Of a stretch of DNA of 64,000 nt, positions 55,722 through 64,000 are shown in pieces (the stretch's first letter is position 1; every line of letters starts with the position of its first letter). The stretch is taken from positions 96,001 through 160,000 of the IMG/VR virus record IMGVR_UViG_3300037067_003400. The stretch is one strand, 5' to 3'. This DNA is from a virus. Its lineage: Duplodnaviria > Caudoviricetes. The position numbers and the translations under genes are program-made. A model generated the notes under the pieces. It had not been told where the DNA came from and did no database searches. It saw nothing but the letters and a program-made list of their open reading frames with translations.

Positions 55722-58040
55722 CTAAAACAAGTAATTTAAATCAAGTCTCATTATAGTATTACCCTCTTCTGGGTCTATGTTAAACCTATCTGTTATACTT
55801 TTCTTTGTGACGGAGAATTGAATAAAATAATCTTTACTTAATATATAGTCTATATCTATGTTAAAGTTACTATCTACTACTGGGGAACTCTGCGTCCACA
55901 TCTTATTAAGTCCATAGTATACTTTGTAGGTGGTCTTGCTATTTGTTACACATGTAACACCAGCTCCTATTGAGTACTTAGACTCATTACAAAGTTCATC
56001 ATTACTAATATTATAGTCTGTATATATAGAAGTCTTAGGTGTTATGTTCTTAGAGAGTCTATAGGTGGTGCCACTTATTGGAAGCACTCGCCCCTTTTTA
56101 TTTTCTTTCCCATCAAAGGAGTTTATTCCCAGAGTGGCTACACCTAAATTAATGTTAGCATTAATAGAAGTCTTAGCTGCTGGGGTTCCTGTAGTATCTG
56201 TAAGATGTTGTATTAGATAGTCTAACTTTATAAACTTGTTCTCTTTAGAATACTTTAAGATTCTACTATTATAATATATTCCAGTCTTAGGGTCTAACTT
56301 CTCTGAGTTATCTAATGTAGCTGTGCCACCTAATGCTTTAGCTTGTAACTTTAGTGAGTTATTCACATCAGTCTCTACTGCGTTAGTTTCTTTAGTGTTT
56401 ACTGAAGAGCCAATAGTTATATCTTTTAATCCTAAGAATTCTTTAGCTAATAGTCCATTGAGATTAAAGATTCTACCTGCTTGTCTGACATCTCCCTTTA
56501 GTTTATTGTCTGTCAAAAATGTCATCTTTAGTTTATCAGATAAAGTATAGTCAAATCCAAATGCGTAGTTTCTTTCGAAGTATTCTTCAGATTTAGCAAG
56601 ATTGTATATGTTTCCAGTCATAGAGAAGTTCTTATATAGTGGAGCATTTATATTAATAGCTTCACTGTTAATTTCTTTATCTTCTATTGTTGCTCTCTTT
56701 ATATCTGATTTAATAGCTACCTTAGTTAGGTCTGACTCTACGTGAATACTTGAAACTTTGTTCTTATAAGGTAGACTATCTTTATCTTTTACATACTTAG
56801 TATCAAGTAGATAACTAACTGATAGAGCTTTCCCGAATGTATTAGAGAAGTTTATTGTATTGGTTAAATAACTTAGTAGATTTTCTAAGTTCTTGTTATT
56901 ATTAAAGTCGTCTATGTTTATATTAAAGTTAGTAGTCTTAGATGTATACCCTATACTATATTTAGACTGACTCTTTTTATTAGTTAAACTCTGGGAAGCT
57001 ATGTTATATGCATCGAAACTTAGATACTTATTAGCCTGTAGTTTATAGGTCAGCTCTTTAGTGGAGCCCCCCAGGGTAGTAGTATTATTAGAATCGAAAG
57101 CAAACTTTCCCTGTAATAAGTTAACCCACCCTCCCAAGTTTACTCTACTAATTCCTTTGTCTGTTATCTTAAGAAACTTGCTTTCAGCTAATTCATCTGT
57201 GCCTTTAGCTGAGTAGTATACTCCAAACTTTTTAGTATCTACTGTTATACTTTTAGATTCTTTGTTTCCAGTATTAGTTTTATTTTGTGCACTTGCTATA
57301 TTAATAGTTAAATCTTTGCTCTTTACTTTTAAATCTACATTCCTACTACTTAGAGATTCTCCTTTATCATCATTTGTTTTCTTGTTAGAGAATGTAAGTG
57401 TAGTCTCTTTACTTAATTTAGAAGTAAGGTTTAAATTCTTTTCAATTATATTATCTTTATCAGTTTCTGTTTTAGTATAGCCCATATCTATATCTAATAT
57501 GCCAAGTGTAGTAGATAAGTCTTGATGCAACTGTCTACTCTTACTACCAGAAGCAGCTGTTAGTATTGGTTTAAGGTATGTCTTTTTATCCTGGGATAAT
57601 ATTATCGAACTATCTTTTCTGGTATCAGTTTCAGTTAGAAACCCAGAGAACTTTACTTTGTTACCAAAGCTATTTGTTATATTAAATGTTCCTTCTTCTA
57701 ATGTAAGACCTACATTGTTTGTAGTGCTACCAAAAGAAAGAGCAAGTGGATTTGTTTTAGTAGCTACCTTTTCTGTGTTACACGTGTATTCCACTCGTAT
57801 ACTATCAGAAGCTTTTACTTTTGTTAACACTATTATCATGCCTGTGTCATAGTTTATACTATATTCTATATCTCTTCGTAAGGTTTTAATTCCTACGCTG
57901 ACGGAATCACTCCCAGATACTATACTTTTATTTAGTGAGTAGACGTTAGAAGGTGTAGCCTTTAATACTTCTATAGTCTGTTGACAGTGGACTATAGATG
58001 CAAAAGCTAATAGTAGTAAGATTGTTAATAACCATTTCAT
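55722..58040 (-). CDS. large secreted protein, probable outer-membrane beta-barrel
   Basis: Signal peptide; LRRDIEYSINYDTGMI motif; Ser/Thr/Asn/Lys-rich alternating strands; terminal RLDLNYLF. Confidence 0.7.
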   Translation of the reverse strand: MKWLLTILLLLAFASIVHCQQTIEVLKATPSNVYSLNKSIVSGSDSVSVGIKTLRRDIEYSINYDTGMIIVLTKVKASDSIRVEYTCNTEKVATKTNPLALSFGSTTNNVGLTLEEGTFNITNSFGNKVKFSGFLTETDTRKDSSIILSQDKKTYLKPILTAASGSKSRQLHQDLSTTLGILDIDMGYTKTETDKDNIIEKNLNLTSKLSKETTLTFSNKKTNDDKGESLSSRNVDLKVKSKDLTINIASAQNKTNTGNKESKSITVDTKKFGVYYSAKGTDELAESKFLKITDKGISRVNLGGWVNLLQGKFAFDSNNTTTLGGSTKELTYKLQANKYLSFDAYNIASQSLTNKKSQSKYSIGYTSKTTNFNINIDDFNNNKNLENLLSYLTNTINFSNTFGKALSVSYLLDTKYVKDKDSLPYKNKVSSIHVESDLTKVAIKSDIKRATIEDKEINSEAININAPLYKNFSMTGNIYNLAKSEEYFERNYAFGFDYTLSDKLKMTFLTDNKLKGDVRQAGRIFNLNGLLAKEFLGLKDITIGSSVNTKETNAVETDVNNSLKLQAKALGGTATLDNSEKLDPKTGIYYNSRILKYSKENKFIKLDYLIQHLTDTTGTPAAKTSINANINLGVATLGINSFDGKENKKGRVLPISGTTYRLSKNITPKTSIYTDYNISNDELCNESKYSIGAGVTCVTNSKTTYKVYYGLNKMWTQSSPVVDSNFNIDIDYILSKDYFIQFSVTKKSITDRFNIDPEEGNTIMRLDLNYLF

Positions 58041-58217
58041 CTTGATATTACTTCTGTAAATCCACCCTCTCCATTTGGTACCATTTCTACTACCATCTCA
58101 GTAGGTTCTACTGGTTGTGGTAGTTCCTCTGGAGGTACTGGTATTTCTACAGTAACATATGTTCTGTTTTTTAATCCAGTTAATCCTGTAAATTCTTTTG
58201 TAGCGTTCATAGTGTAT

Positions 58218-59156
58218 CTAAACAGCTCCTGCGTATTTTCCACTTTCCTGTGCTTCTAGCATTTCTTTTGCTAATGCTTTATCTTCTGGTGAGGCAGCAT
58301 CCCATTGTTGGTGTAACCAGTATATTATTATATCCATAAGGTTTCTACCATCTTCTAATATATATTCTATTTCTTTATAATCAATTAAACCTCTTTTGTT
58401 TAATTCTTTAAATAGGTTTAGCGTATTAAAACCTATATGAATACCTATATCTGGTGATTGATTATATTGTCTTTGCTTTACTAATACATTTTTTAGCAAT
58501 GCACATCTATTGTTATGTAGTGCTTCTACTAATATAGCAGTATGTGACCATCTACTATTGTGTTGACTATATTCTTTATAATCTACTGCTGAGAATAAAG
58601 ATTTTTTTACTATACTTGTAGATATAAAACAGAAGTTATCATGTAGTCCTACGTCTTTCATTATGTCTTTTGCACATTGATATTCTACAATATTACTATC
58701 TACATTTTTATAGTATCTACTATCATTTTTCATTTTTTGAAAATAGTTATTACACAACTCTGTAGATAGATCTTTAGAGACTATACTTCTATTGGTAATA
58801 ATATAGTCATATATAGGTAGGTTGTTAAATACTGTTTCTATAGCTTCTGGTAACATTATATCGTCATCAGAAAAAATCCATACGTATTCACCAGTAGCTG
58901 CATTTGTTGTTTCTATTACATTACGCTCTGGATCACTATAATCTCTTCTTAGTAAAGTTATTGGAACTCCACAATTGCTAAGAGTATTTACATAGTCTAT
59001 ATATTCTTGTGGGGTATCTGAGCCACCATCTTTTATAATAATATTAATGTCACTTTTATGTGTACTTTGATTTATAGAAGTTAATATGCTTTCTATAGTC
59101 TGTGGTAAGAAAGCCATACGATTTCTTGACGGTATACATATACTTAAAGTTGGCAA
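58218..59156 (-). CDS. GT2 glycosyltransferase (RfbV/abequosyltransferase-like)
   Basis: LSICIPSRNR, DGGS, ERN, GEYVWIFSDDD, FIS. Confidence 0.88.
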   Translation of the reverse strand: MPTLSICIPSRNRMAFLPQTIESILTSINQSTHKSDINIIIKDGGSDTPQEYIDYVNTLSNCGVPITLLRRDYSDPERNVIETTNAATGEYVWIFSDDDIMLPEAIETVFNNLPIYDYIITNRSIVSKDLSTELCNNYFQKMKNDSRYYKNVDSNIVEYQCAKDIMKDVGLHDNFCFISTSIVKKSLFSAVDYKEYSQHNSRWSHTAILVEALHNNRCALLKNVLVKQRQYNQSPDIGIHIGFNTLNLFKELNKRGLIDYKEIEYILEDGRNLMDIIIYWLHQQWDAASPEDKALAKEMLEAQESGKYAGAV

Positions 59157-59313
59157 ATGTCCTCTCCTTTATTTAGATACAAGTACTACTATAGTTAAAG
59201 CTATTATAGCTAAAACAAATCCTATTTCTACTTCATACGTAATAAGATATGCTCCTACTCTACTGAATAAACTTTCTCTCTTCTGCATTCTTTTCTTCAT
59301 TGATTTACCCTTT

Positions 59314-59964
59314 TTAAATGTGGTCTGGGTGGAAAGACTCGTTTTCATCTACAAATATAAGTTTTAGGTAACTCTTTCTTGTACCTAGTAGTACTCTTTG
59401 TATGGAACGTTTCACACTTTCTTGTTTTTGCCCTACTGCTATGTTATTTTCTAGCAAATACTTAGCAGCATCTGCCGTAGTTTCAAATGATATGTCTAAT
59501 GTTGTACAACATATAGGTCTAGAAAAATCTCGTTCTATGCTTATATTATTTCCCCTTAGTATGTTTCTTATGGTATCTGTAGTACAGTTATAATGAGTAG
59601 CTGTATGTTTAACAGATTTTAGGTTAGTGTATGTCTGTATTACATCTTCATCAGCATGTGCAAAGTATCTAGTACCATCACCACCTAATGTTAGATTATA
59701 TCCATTTTTAAACGTAGCATATAATGATATATATTCTATTTCTTTTTCTTCAAGTATACCATTTTCGAATGTTCCTAAGAGCTCTACTGTAAAGTTGTCT
59801 GGTCCATATTTTTTAAATGCTTTATATAAGAGTCTATTATTATTTCTCTCTTTTTTACTATCATTTATATGTATAGCAAATCTTTTGGTTATGCTCATAT
59901 AAGTTTTGCCTATATAGCTTTTACTATTAATTCTGTTAGTTATTTTATAAATACTTCCAATCAT
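59314..59964 (-). mobile_element. free-standing GIY-YIG homing endonuclease (Seg-like)
   Basis: SIYKITN..KSYIGKT, RFAIH, E..YI, GYNLTLGGDG; C-terminal HTH/NUMOD1-like; lies beside tRNAs. Confidence 0.9.
59321..59341 (-). repeat. duplicated tRNA 3' end with CCA
   Basis: Minus strand CGAGTCTTTCCACCCAGACCA; 13 nt identical to 60001-60013. Confidence 0.85.
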
Positions 59965-59995
59965 ATGTGTCTCTTATAAGTTATGAATGATAGCG

Positions 59996-60069
59996 TCGGA
60001 GTGGAAAGACTCGAACTTTCAAAATTTCACGGTCCCAAGCCGTGTGCCTTACCATTTGGCCACACCCCG
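59996..60069 (-). tRNA. tRNA-Pro(UGG), no encoded CCA
   Basis: CACGG-CT-TGG-GA-CCGTG; GTTCGAGTC; ends CCGA then CGC. Confidence 0.93.
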
Positions 60070-60070
60070 A

Positions 60071-60144
60071 TGGAGCAGATTACCAGAATCAAACTGGTAC
60101 TAAATGCTTGGAAGGCATTTGTGCTACCACTACACCAAATCTGC
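60071..60144 (-). tRNA. tRNA-Gly(UCC)
   Basis: AATGC-CT-TCC-AA-GCATT; T-loop TTTGATT; encoded CCA. Confidence 0.92.
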
Positions 60145-60164
60145 ATTGATAGTAAAACCTTATA

Positions 60165-60184
60165 CCCCTATATATATTATACCC
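60165..60184 (-). promoter_or_regulatory. putative promoter of the tRNA-Gly/Pro unit
   Basis: Minus strand GGGTATAATATATATAGGGG. Confidence 0.65.
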
Positions 60185-60246
60185 GTTACATAGAAATTTA
60201 AACAGTTTATATCTTATTGTACTATTTCTATTTATAAAACTTAAAC

Positions 60247-60273
60247 AAAATAAGGGGCAGATAGTCTGCCCCT
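60247..60273 (-). terminator. intrinsic terminator after the structural genes
   Basis: Minus strand AGGGGCAGA-CTA-TCTGCCCCT followed by TATTTT. Confidence 0.75.
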
Positions 60274-60303
60274 GTTAGAGTTACTTGTGTTAATAGAAGT
60301 TAG

Positions 60304-60345
60304 TTAACCCCCACCTCCACCTTTCTTTCGTTTCTTGCAAGCCAT
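60304..60345 (-). CDS. 13 aa micropeptide MACKKRKKGGGGG (not in ORF track)
   Basis: Near-perfect SD TAAGGAGGTGA overlapping the upstream stop. Confidence 0.55.
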   Translation of the reverse strand: MACKKRKKGGGGG

Positions 60346-60357
60346 TAGGTCACCTCC

Positions 60358-61464
60358 TTATACCCAGGTAGATTCAACTGCTGTAATTACTGGAGAAGCT
60401 CCAGCCATATTTTGTGTCAGGTTAAACTCTACCGTCTTGGTTGATATAGTATTTGAGATATAGGCAAGTGTGGTTTCATCCTTTCCTCTAACTGTATACA
60501 CTGGGCTACTGTACGTTGCGGCTCCTACGATAGGTGTGAAGTCCAATGTCAGTTTAGAGTTAGCCGCAAACTCAGTCATCTTTGCTTCTAATGCAATGAA
60601 TCCCCAGTAGAGATTGCTTGCATCTGGAAGTTCTAAATGAATTAATATATCTGAAACTTTAGATGGTGGGAAGAATAGTCTACTATTTCCAAAAGCTAAT
60701 ACTTTATCTACACTATAGTTAGGTAGATAAGATAGATCGCAGGCTATCCAACTTGAACCATAAGGTCTATAGTATACACCTTTTAGGTTTTGTGTAAGGG
60801 CTGGGTATGGGTGGATGGCTATTGTATTAACATAATCATTAGTGAATACTTCTACTGGTAACTGTACTTTAATCCATACATCTGTAACTTCAGAAGCTTT
60901 CTCTACCCAGGCAGTTTCATTCTTTATATCTAAAGCATATTTATAGTCTACTGCTTTTGTATATTCATAATCTTGTGGGGGTGTTGAGCCAGCTGGTTTA
61001 TAACAGTACCCTACACTTACAGACTCTGGTATCCATGCGTCTCCATTAGCATCTTCTGTTATTAGTTTATTAGTCTCATTATTTATATGTAATGTAGCTT
61101 GTCCATAAGTAGTAGATATATCTGCTGCTGTACTGATACCATCTAATACTGCCGTTTGACATTCTAAAGAATACATTGAGACTATAGTAGCATTAGAAGA
61201 TAATGCAAACGTAGTTAGTAGTGCACTTAGTTGACTTGACAAAGCTGATACTTTAGATGATATAGCTGCTGCTTGCATAGTAAATACTTCAGTAGCTTTT
61301 GCTAATGTGTCTCCTATATCAGAAGCATAACTATATAAAGTAAGTATATCTGCTCTTAAGTTAGTGTTCATTATATTAAGTATGTCTGAATTAGATTGGC
61401 CACCATACTTTATAATTGGATTGCTTGGAGTCTCTAATATAGACTCTGTAGATTTAATTGACAT
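60358..61464 (-). CDS. putative virion structural protein
   Basis: N-terminal coiled coil, beta-rich C-terminus; part of a coupled three-gene block. Confidence 0.55.
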   Translation of the reverse strand: MSIKSTESILETPSNPIIKYGGQSNSDILNIMNTNLRADILTLYSYASDIGDTLAKATEVFTMQAAAISSKVSALSSQLSALLTTFALSSNATIVSMYSLECQTAVLDGISTAADISTTYGQATLHINNETNKLITEDANGDAWIPESVSVGYCYKPAGSTPPQDYEYTKAVDYKYALDIKNETAWVEKASEVTDVWIKVQLPVEVFTNDYVNTIAIHPYPALTQNLKGVYYRPYGSSWIACDLSYLPNYSVDKVLAFGNSRLFFPPSKVSDILIHLELPDASNLYWGFIALEAKMTEFAANSKLTLDFTPIVGAATYSSPVYTVRGKDETTLAYISNTISTKTVEFNLTQNMAGASPVITAVESTWV

Positions 61465-61699
61465 ACGTTTTTCTCCTAATGAATTCTGATATTACACGAG
61501 CCTTCTGTATTACTGGGGTATATGTAGAAGAGAATGCTGTGAAACAATCTGGGATATCTGTGTCGTAAGTAGTGTGGTGGGTATTCAATGTATTTTGTAT
61601 AGTTCTTAGATCTGCTATACCCCCTCCTACTTGTGTTACCAATTTAACAGACTCTCTTGGTCCTCTATATCTGAAGTTTATATCTGGTGTATGAATCAT
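61454..61699 (-). CDS. putative virion structural protein
   Basis: RYRGPRES motif followed by a helix; same block. Confidence 0.5.
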   Translation of the reverse strand: MIHTPDINFRYRGPRESVKLVTQVGGGIADLRTIQNTLNTHHTTYDTDIPDCFTAFSSTYTPVIQKARVISEFIRRKTYVN

Positions 61700-61708
61700 A
61701 ATAACCCC

Positions 61709-63949
61709 TTAATTAATATGTAACTCGTAACCATGTAGCTTAGGTGTAGTTGTTACATCTGTATCTTTTGTGAAATCAAATCTTAGTCTAACTGTATCTA
61801 TAACTGAACCTTCTATTGTGCTACACTGTAGATTTAATGCTGGTGCTACTGGGATATTTTGTGCGTCAAATGCTGAGGCAGCTACTCCTATAGTAGGATT
61901 GTAGTTAAATAATATAGAAGCTGTTGTAGCTGATGGTATTGTAGTTAGTGCCCAACAGGAGTTATTATTTACTGGAGTGATTTGTCGTAGTTCGAATTCA
62001 GAAACTTTCTTCTGGAATCCTAATGTAGCTTGTGCTCTATATATAGATGAGTCTAATGATATAGGGTTAAAGTTTGTATAGAACCCGATAGCACTTTTAT
62101 ATATACCTTCTTGAAGTCCTTGTGCATCTAAATCAGTATTGTTTGATAGGCCTGGATAGTATATATAAATTTGTAATTTGTTCCAGCCTTTTTCTAATTT
62201 GTAGTTAGCTCTATTAGATAGTACAGTGTCATCTGATATAGTAGTCTTAGCTGTTGCCATATACTTAGAAGACATTATATACTTATCATTTAGATATATA
62301 CTAAATGGTGCTGCTACTTTACTACCTACTAAAGCTGGGCCAGATACTAAAGCTTTCTTTCTATAGTATACTTTTTCTTCTGGTGCATATACGTAGATAG
62401 TAAACCTGTAATTTCCTTTTTCGGCAAGAAGATCATTCCCAGAATAATCTACAATTCCTATCTGTAAGAATTCTTTATCTCCTGTGGAGCCATCAGTATA
62501 TTTAGCATCTTGCATACATAGCATGTTTCCACTTGATATTAATGTAGATGTATTAGAGGCTACTAAATCTATATTCTTACTATACGCTGGTGTAAAGAAT
62601 CCATTTACTATACCTACTCTGTTTTCGTAATCATCTGGTGTAGGTATATGGTCTGAGCCATCATGATAGCTCCAGTCATAATTAAAGTATTCTACATAGA
62701 CTTGGTTACTACCTTTTACTATACTCTCTGAGCCATTAACTAATTGAGCTGGTACTCCATTGAACCGATAGAACTTAATAACAGCATCTTCTGCTGTATA
62801 GTCGTCAATAACTATGCTATTAGTATCTATAGGAATGTTAGAGATGTTAGTATTATTAAGTATTAGGTCACTATTATTAATAGCTATCCAATTATTTTCT
62901 CCTGCCTTTTCAATAAAAGCTTTTATATTAGTTCCCTTAGGTGAGAACATTTCCATCTTTAGATTAGCAGTTATTATATTGGCTTTCACTAATGGGTTTA
63001 TAGATGATACTTGTAATGGTAATGTGTATAAGCTTCCATAGTTATTGAAGCCTAAGCGTAGTAGTTGTAGTTTCTTTATACCAACATCCCCTCCGCTTAC
63101 TGTTAACTTTATGTAAGAAGCTTGTATTTGTTCGAAGGAATATGTTTTATTTGTTTTAATATTTTCTGATATAAGTGGGTAGTAGTTAAGGCTATCATTA
63201 GACCATTCTATTTTTAATGATAAAGGTGTGGCTATTTCAATATAGATACCATCTATTGTGTGCATGTCTATATTTGGAGTGTTAGTATTTATATTATTAA
63301 GATGTATTATTGCTTCATATGAGTTAGTACCAAGTGATGCTACCCATACATTGTTTGTATTGTCATTAAAGATATTAGCTATTGGAGAGAATACTTTACC
63401 ATTAGCAGATTCTTTTATTACCTCTGCATTTTGCATAGCATAGGCATATGTGTTATTCTTTGATTTAGCTAATGTAACGACGCCTTCATCTACATCTATA
63501 TCTACTGTAGAAGATATCAAATCTATATTATCTACATTATTAAAAGTATCGAATAAAGAATATGTATAGTTATTTGTTACACCTGTAATAAGTCTATCTA
63601 CTTCTTGCTCTAACTTTAGTGCTTTCTTTTTGACATAAGTTGATTGGGAGTCAAACATTTGATATGTTGTTAACATATTATCTGAAACATATACTAAAGA
63701 GTTATATAAGAATGTAAGGTCTTCCTTTATATCTTCGAAAGTTCTTTGAATATCCTTACCATCTTTTCCTCCTATAGTGTCATTGTATATAGCAGGTCTT
63801 AATTTAGTTAAAGGTTTTCCCCAAGACTTACCAGCCATCTTAGTAGATATGTTATTGAGAAGCACACCTATAGATGGAAAGATTCCTTTTTGTAGTAGGG
63901 TCTTTACCGTGTTATTAATTACTATTGTCTTTTGTCTAATTGATATCAT
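61709..63949 (-). CDS. putative virion (tail/baseplate) protein
   Basis: N-terminal coiled coil, discoidin-like segment, LEKGWNKLQI, terminal TPKLHGYEL. Confidence 0.6.
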   Translation of the reverse strand: MISIRQKTIVINNTVKTLLQKGIFPSIGVLLNNISTKMAGKSWGKPLTKLRPAIYNDTIGGKDGKDIQRTFEDIKEDLTFLYNSLVYVSDNMLTTYQMFDSQSTYVKKKALKLEQEVDRLITGVTNNYTYSLFDTFNNVDNIDLISSTVDIDVDEGVVTLAKSKNNTYAYAMQNAEVIKESANGKVFSPIANIFNDNTNNVWVASLGTNSYEAIIHLNNINTNTPNIDMHTIDGIYIEIATPLSLKIEWSNDSLNYYPLISENIKTNKTYSFEQIQASYIKLTVSGGDVGIKKLQLLRLGFNNYGSLYTLPLQVSSINPLVKANIITANLKMEMFSPKGTNIKAFIEKAGENNWIAINNSDLILNNTNISNIPIDTNSIVIDDYTAEDAVIKFYRFNGVPAQLVNGSESIVKGSNQVYVEYFNYDWSYHDGSDHIPTPDDYENRVGIVNGFFTPAYSKNIDLVASNTSTLISSGNMLCMQDAKYTDGSTGDKEFLQIGIVDYSGNDLLAEKGNYRFTIYVYAPEEKVYYRKKALVSGPALVGSKVAAPFSIYLNDKYIMSSKYMATAKTTISDDTVLSNRANYKLEKGWNKLQIYIYYPGLSNNTDLDAQGLQEGIYKSAIGFYTNFNPISLDSSIYRAQATLGFQKKVSEFELRQITPVNNNSCWALTTIPSATTASILFNYNPTIGVAASAFDAQNIPVAPALNLQCSTIEGSVIDTVRLRFDFTKDTDVTTTPKLHGYELHIN

Positions 63950-64000
63950 CTGCTGGTAATCCTTTTATTGCGTAATAACTTAACACAGGAGATTCTGTTG

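Noticed and set aside
59983-60201. 72 aa plus-strand ORF
   Set aside because: It is the antisense reading of tRNA-Pro and tRNA-Gly
29447-63959. Short plus-strand ORFs in the right arm (for example 29447, 33388, 42309, 48627, 59086)
   Set aside because: Antisense shadows of well-supported minus-strand genes
1-64000. CRISPR array, reverse transcriptase (retron/DGR), integrase or transposase
   Set aside because: No regularly spaced repeat-spacer pattern and no RT, recombinase or DDE motifs recognised in the ORFs
1-64000. Stop-codon reassignment as seen in some large phages
   Set aside because: Conserved genes are full length under the standard code; TAA, TAG and TGA all end real genes; the Leu tRNA anticodon UAG reads CUA and is not a suppressor

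Overview
AT-rich, gene-dense segment of a large dsDNA bacteriophage genome (standard genetic code, strong GGAGG Shine-Dalgarno sites). No capsid or terminase gene is visible in the window. Two arms converge at about 29,120. The + arm (1-29.1 kb) carries many small accessory ORFs, nucleotide-pool enzymes (dUTPase, HD nucleotidase), a methyltransferase-nuclease pair, and a replication/recombination module: RecA, family-4 UDG, HIRAN protein, Cas4/AddB-like nuclease, HolA-like + DnaX + DnaN, Rad52-like protein, Hjc-like nuclease, primase, UvrD and PolA. The - arm (29.1-64 kb) carries a sigma factor, GroES, RecU, a 14-gene, ~14 kb nucleotide-sugar/glycosyltransferase operon, an intein-split DnaB-like helicase, secreted and outer-membrane-like proteins, rmlA, six tRNAs, a GIY-YIG endonuclease and probable virion proteins. 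The best candidates for new biology are: (1) the phage-encoded pathway for an unusual, probably deoxy, branched and methylated sugar; (2) a hybrid replisome in which PolA appears to use a bacterial-type sliding clamp; (3) a homing endonuclease whose C-terminus is encoded by a duplicated tRNA-Pro 3' end; (4) two unexplained structured RNA elements at 53.7 kb and 55.3 kb. All calls come from motif recognition by eye; no database search or folding program was run.
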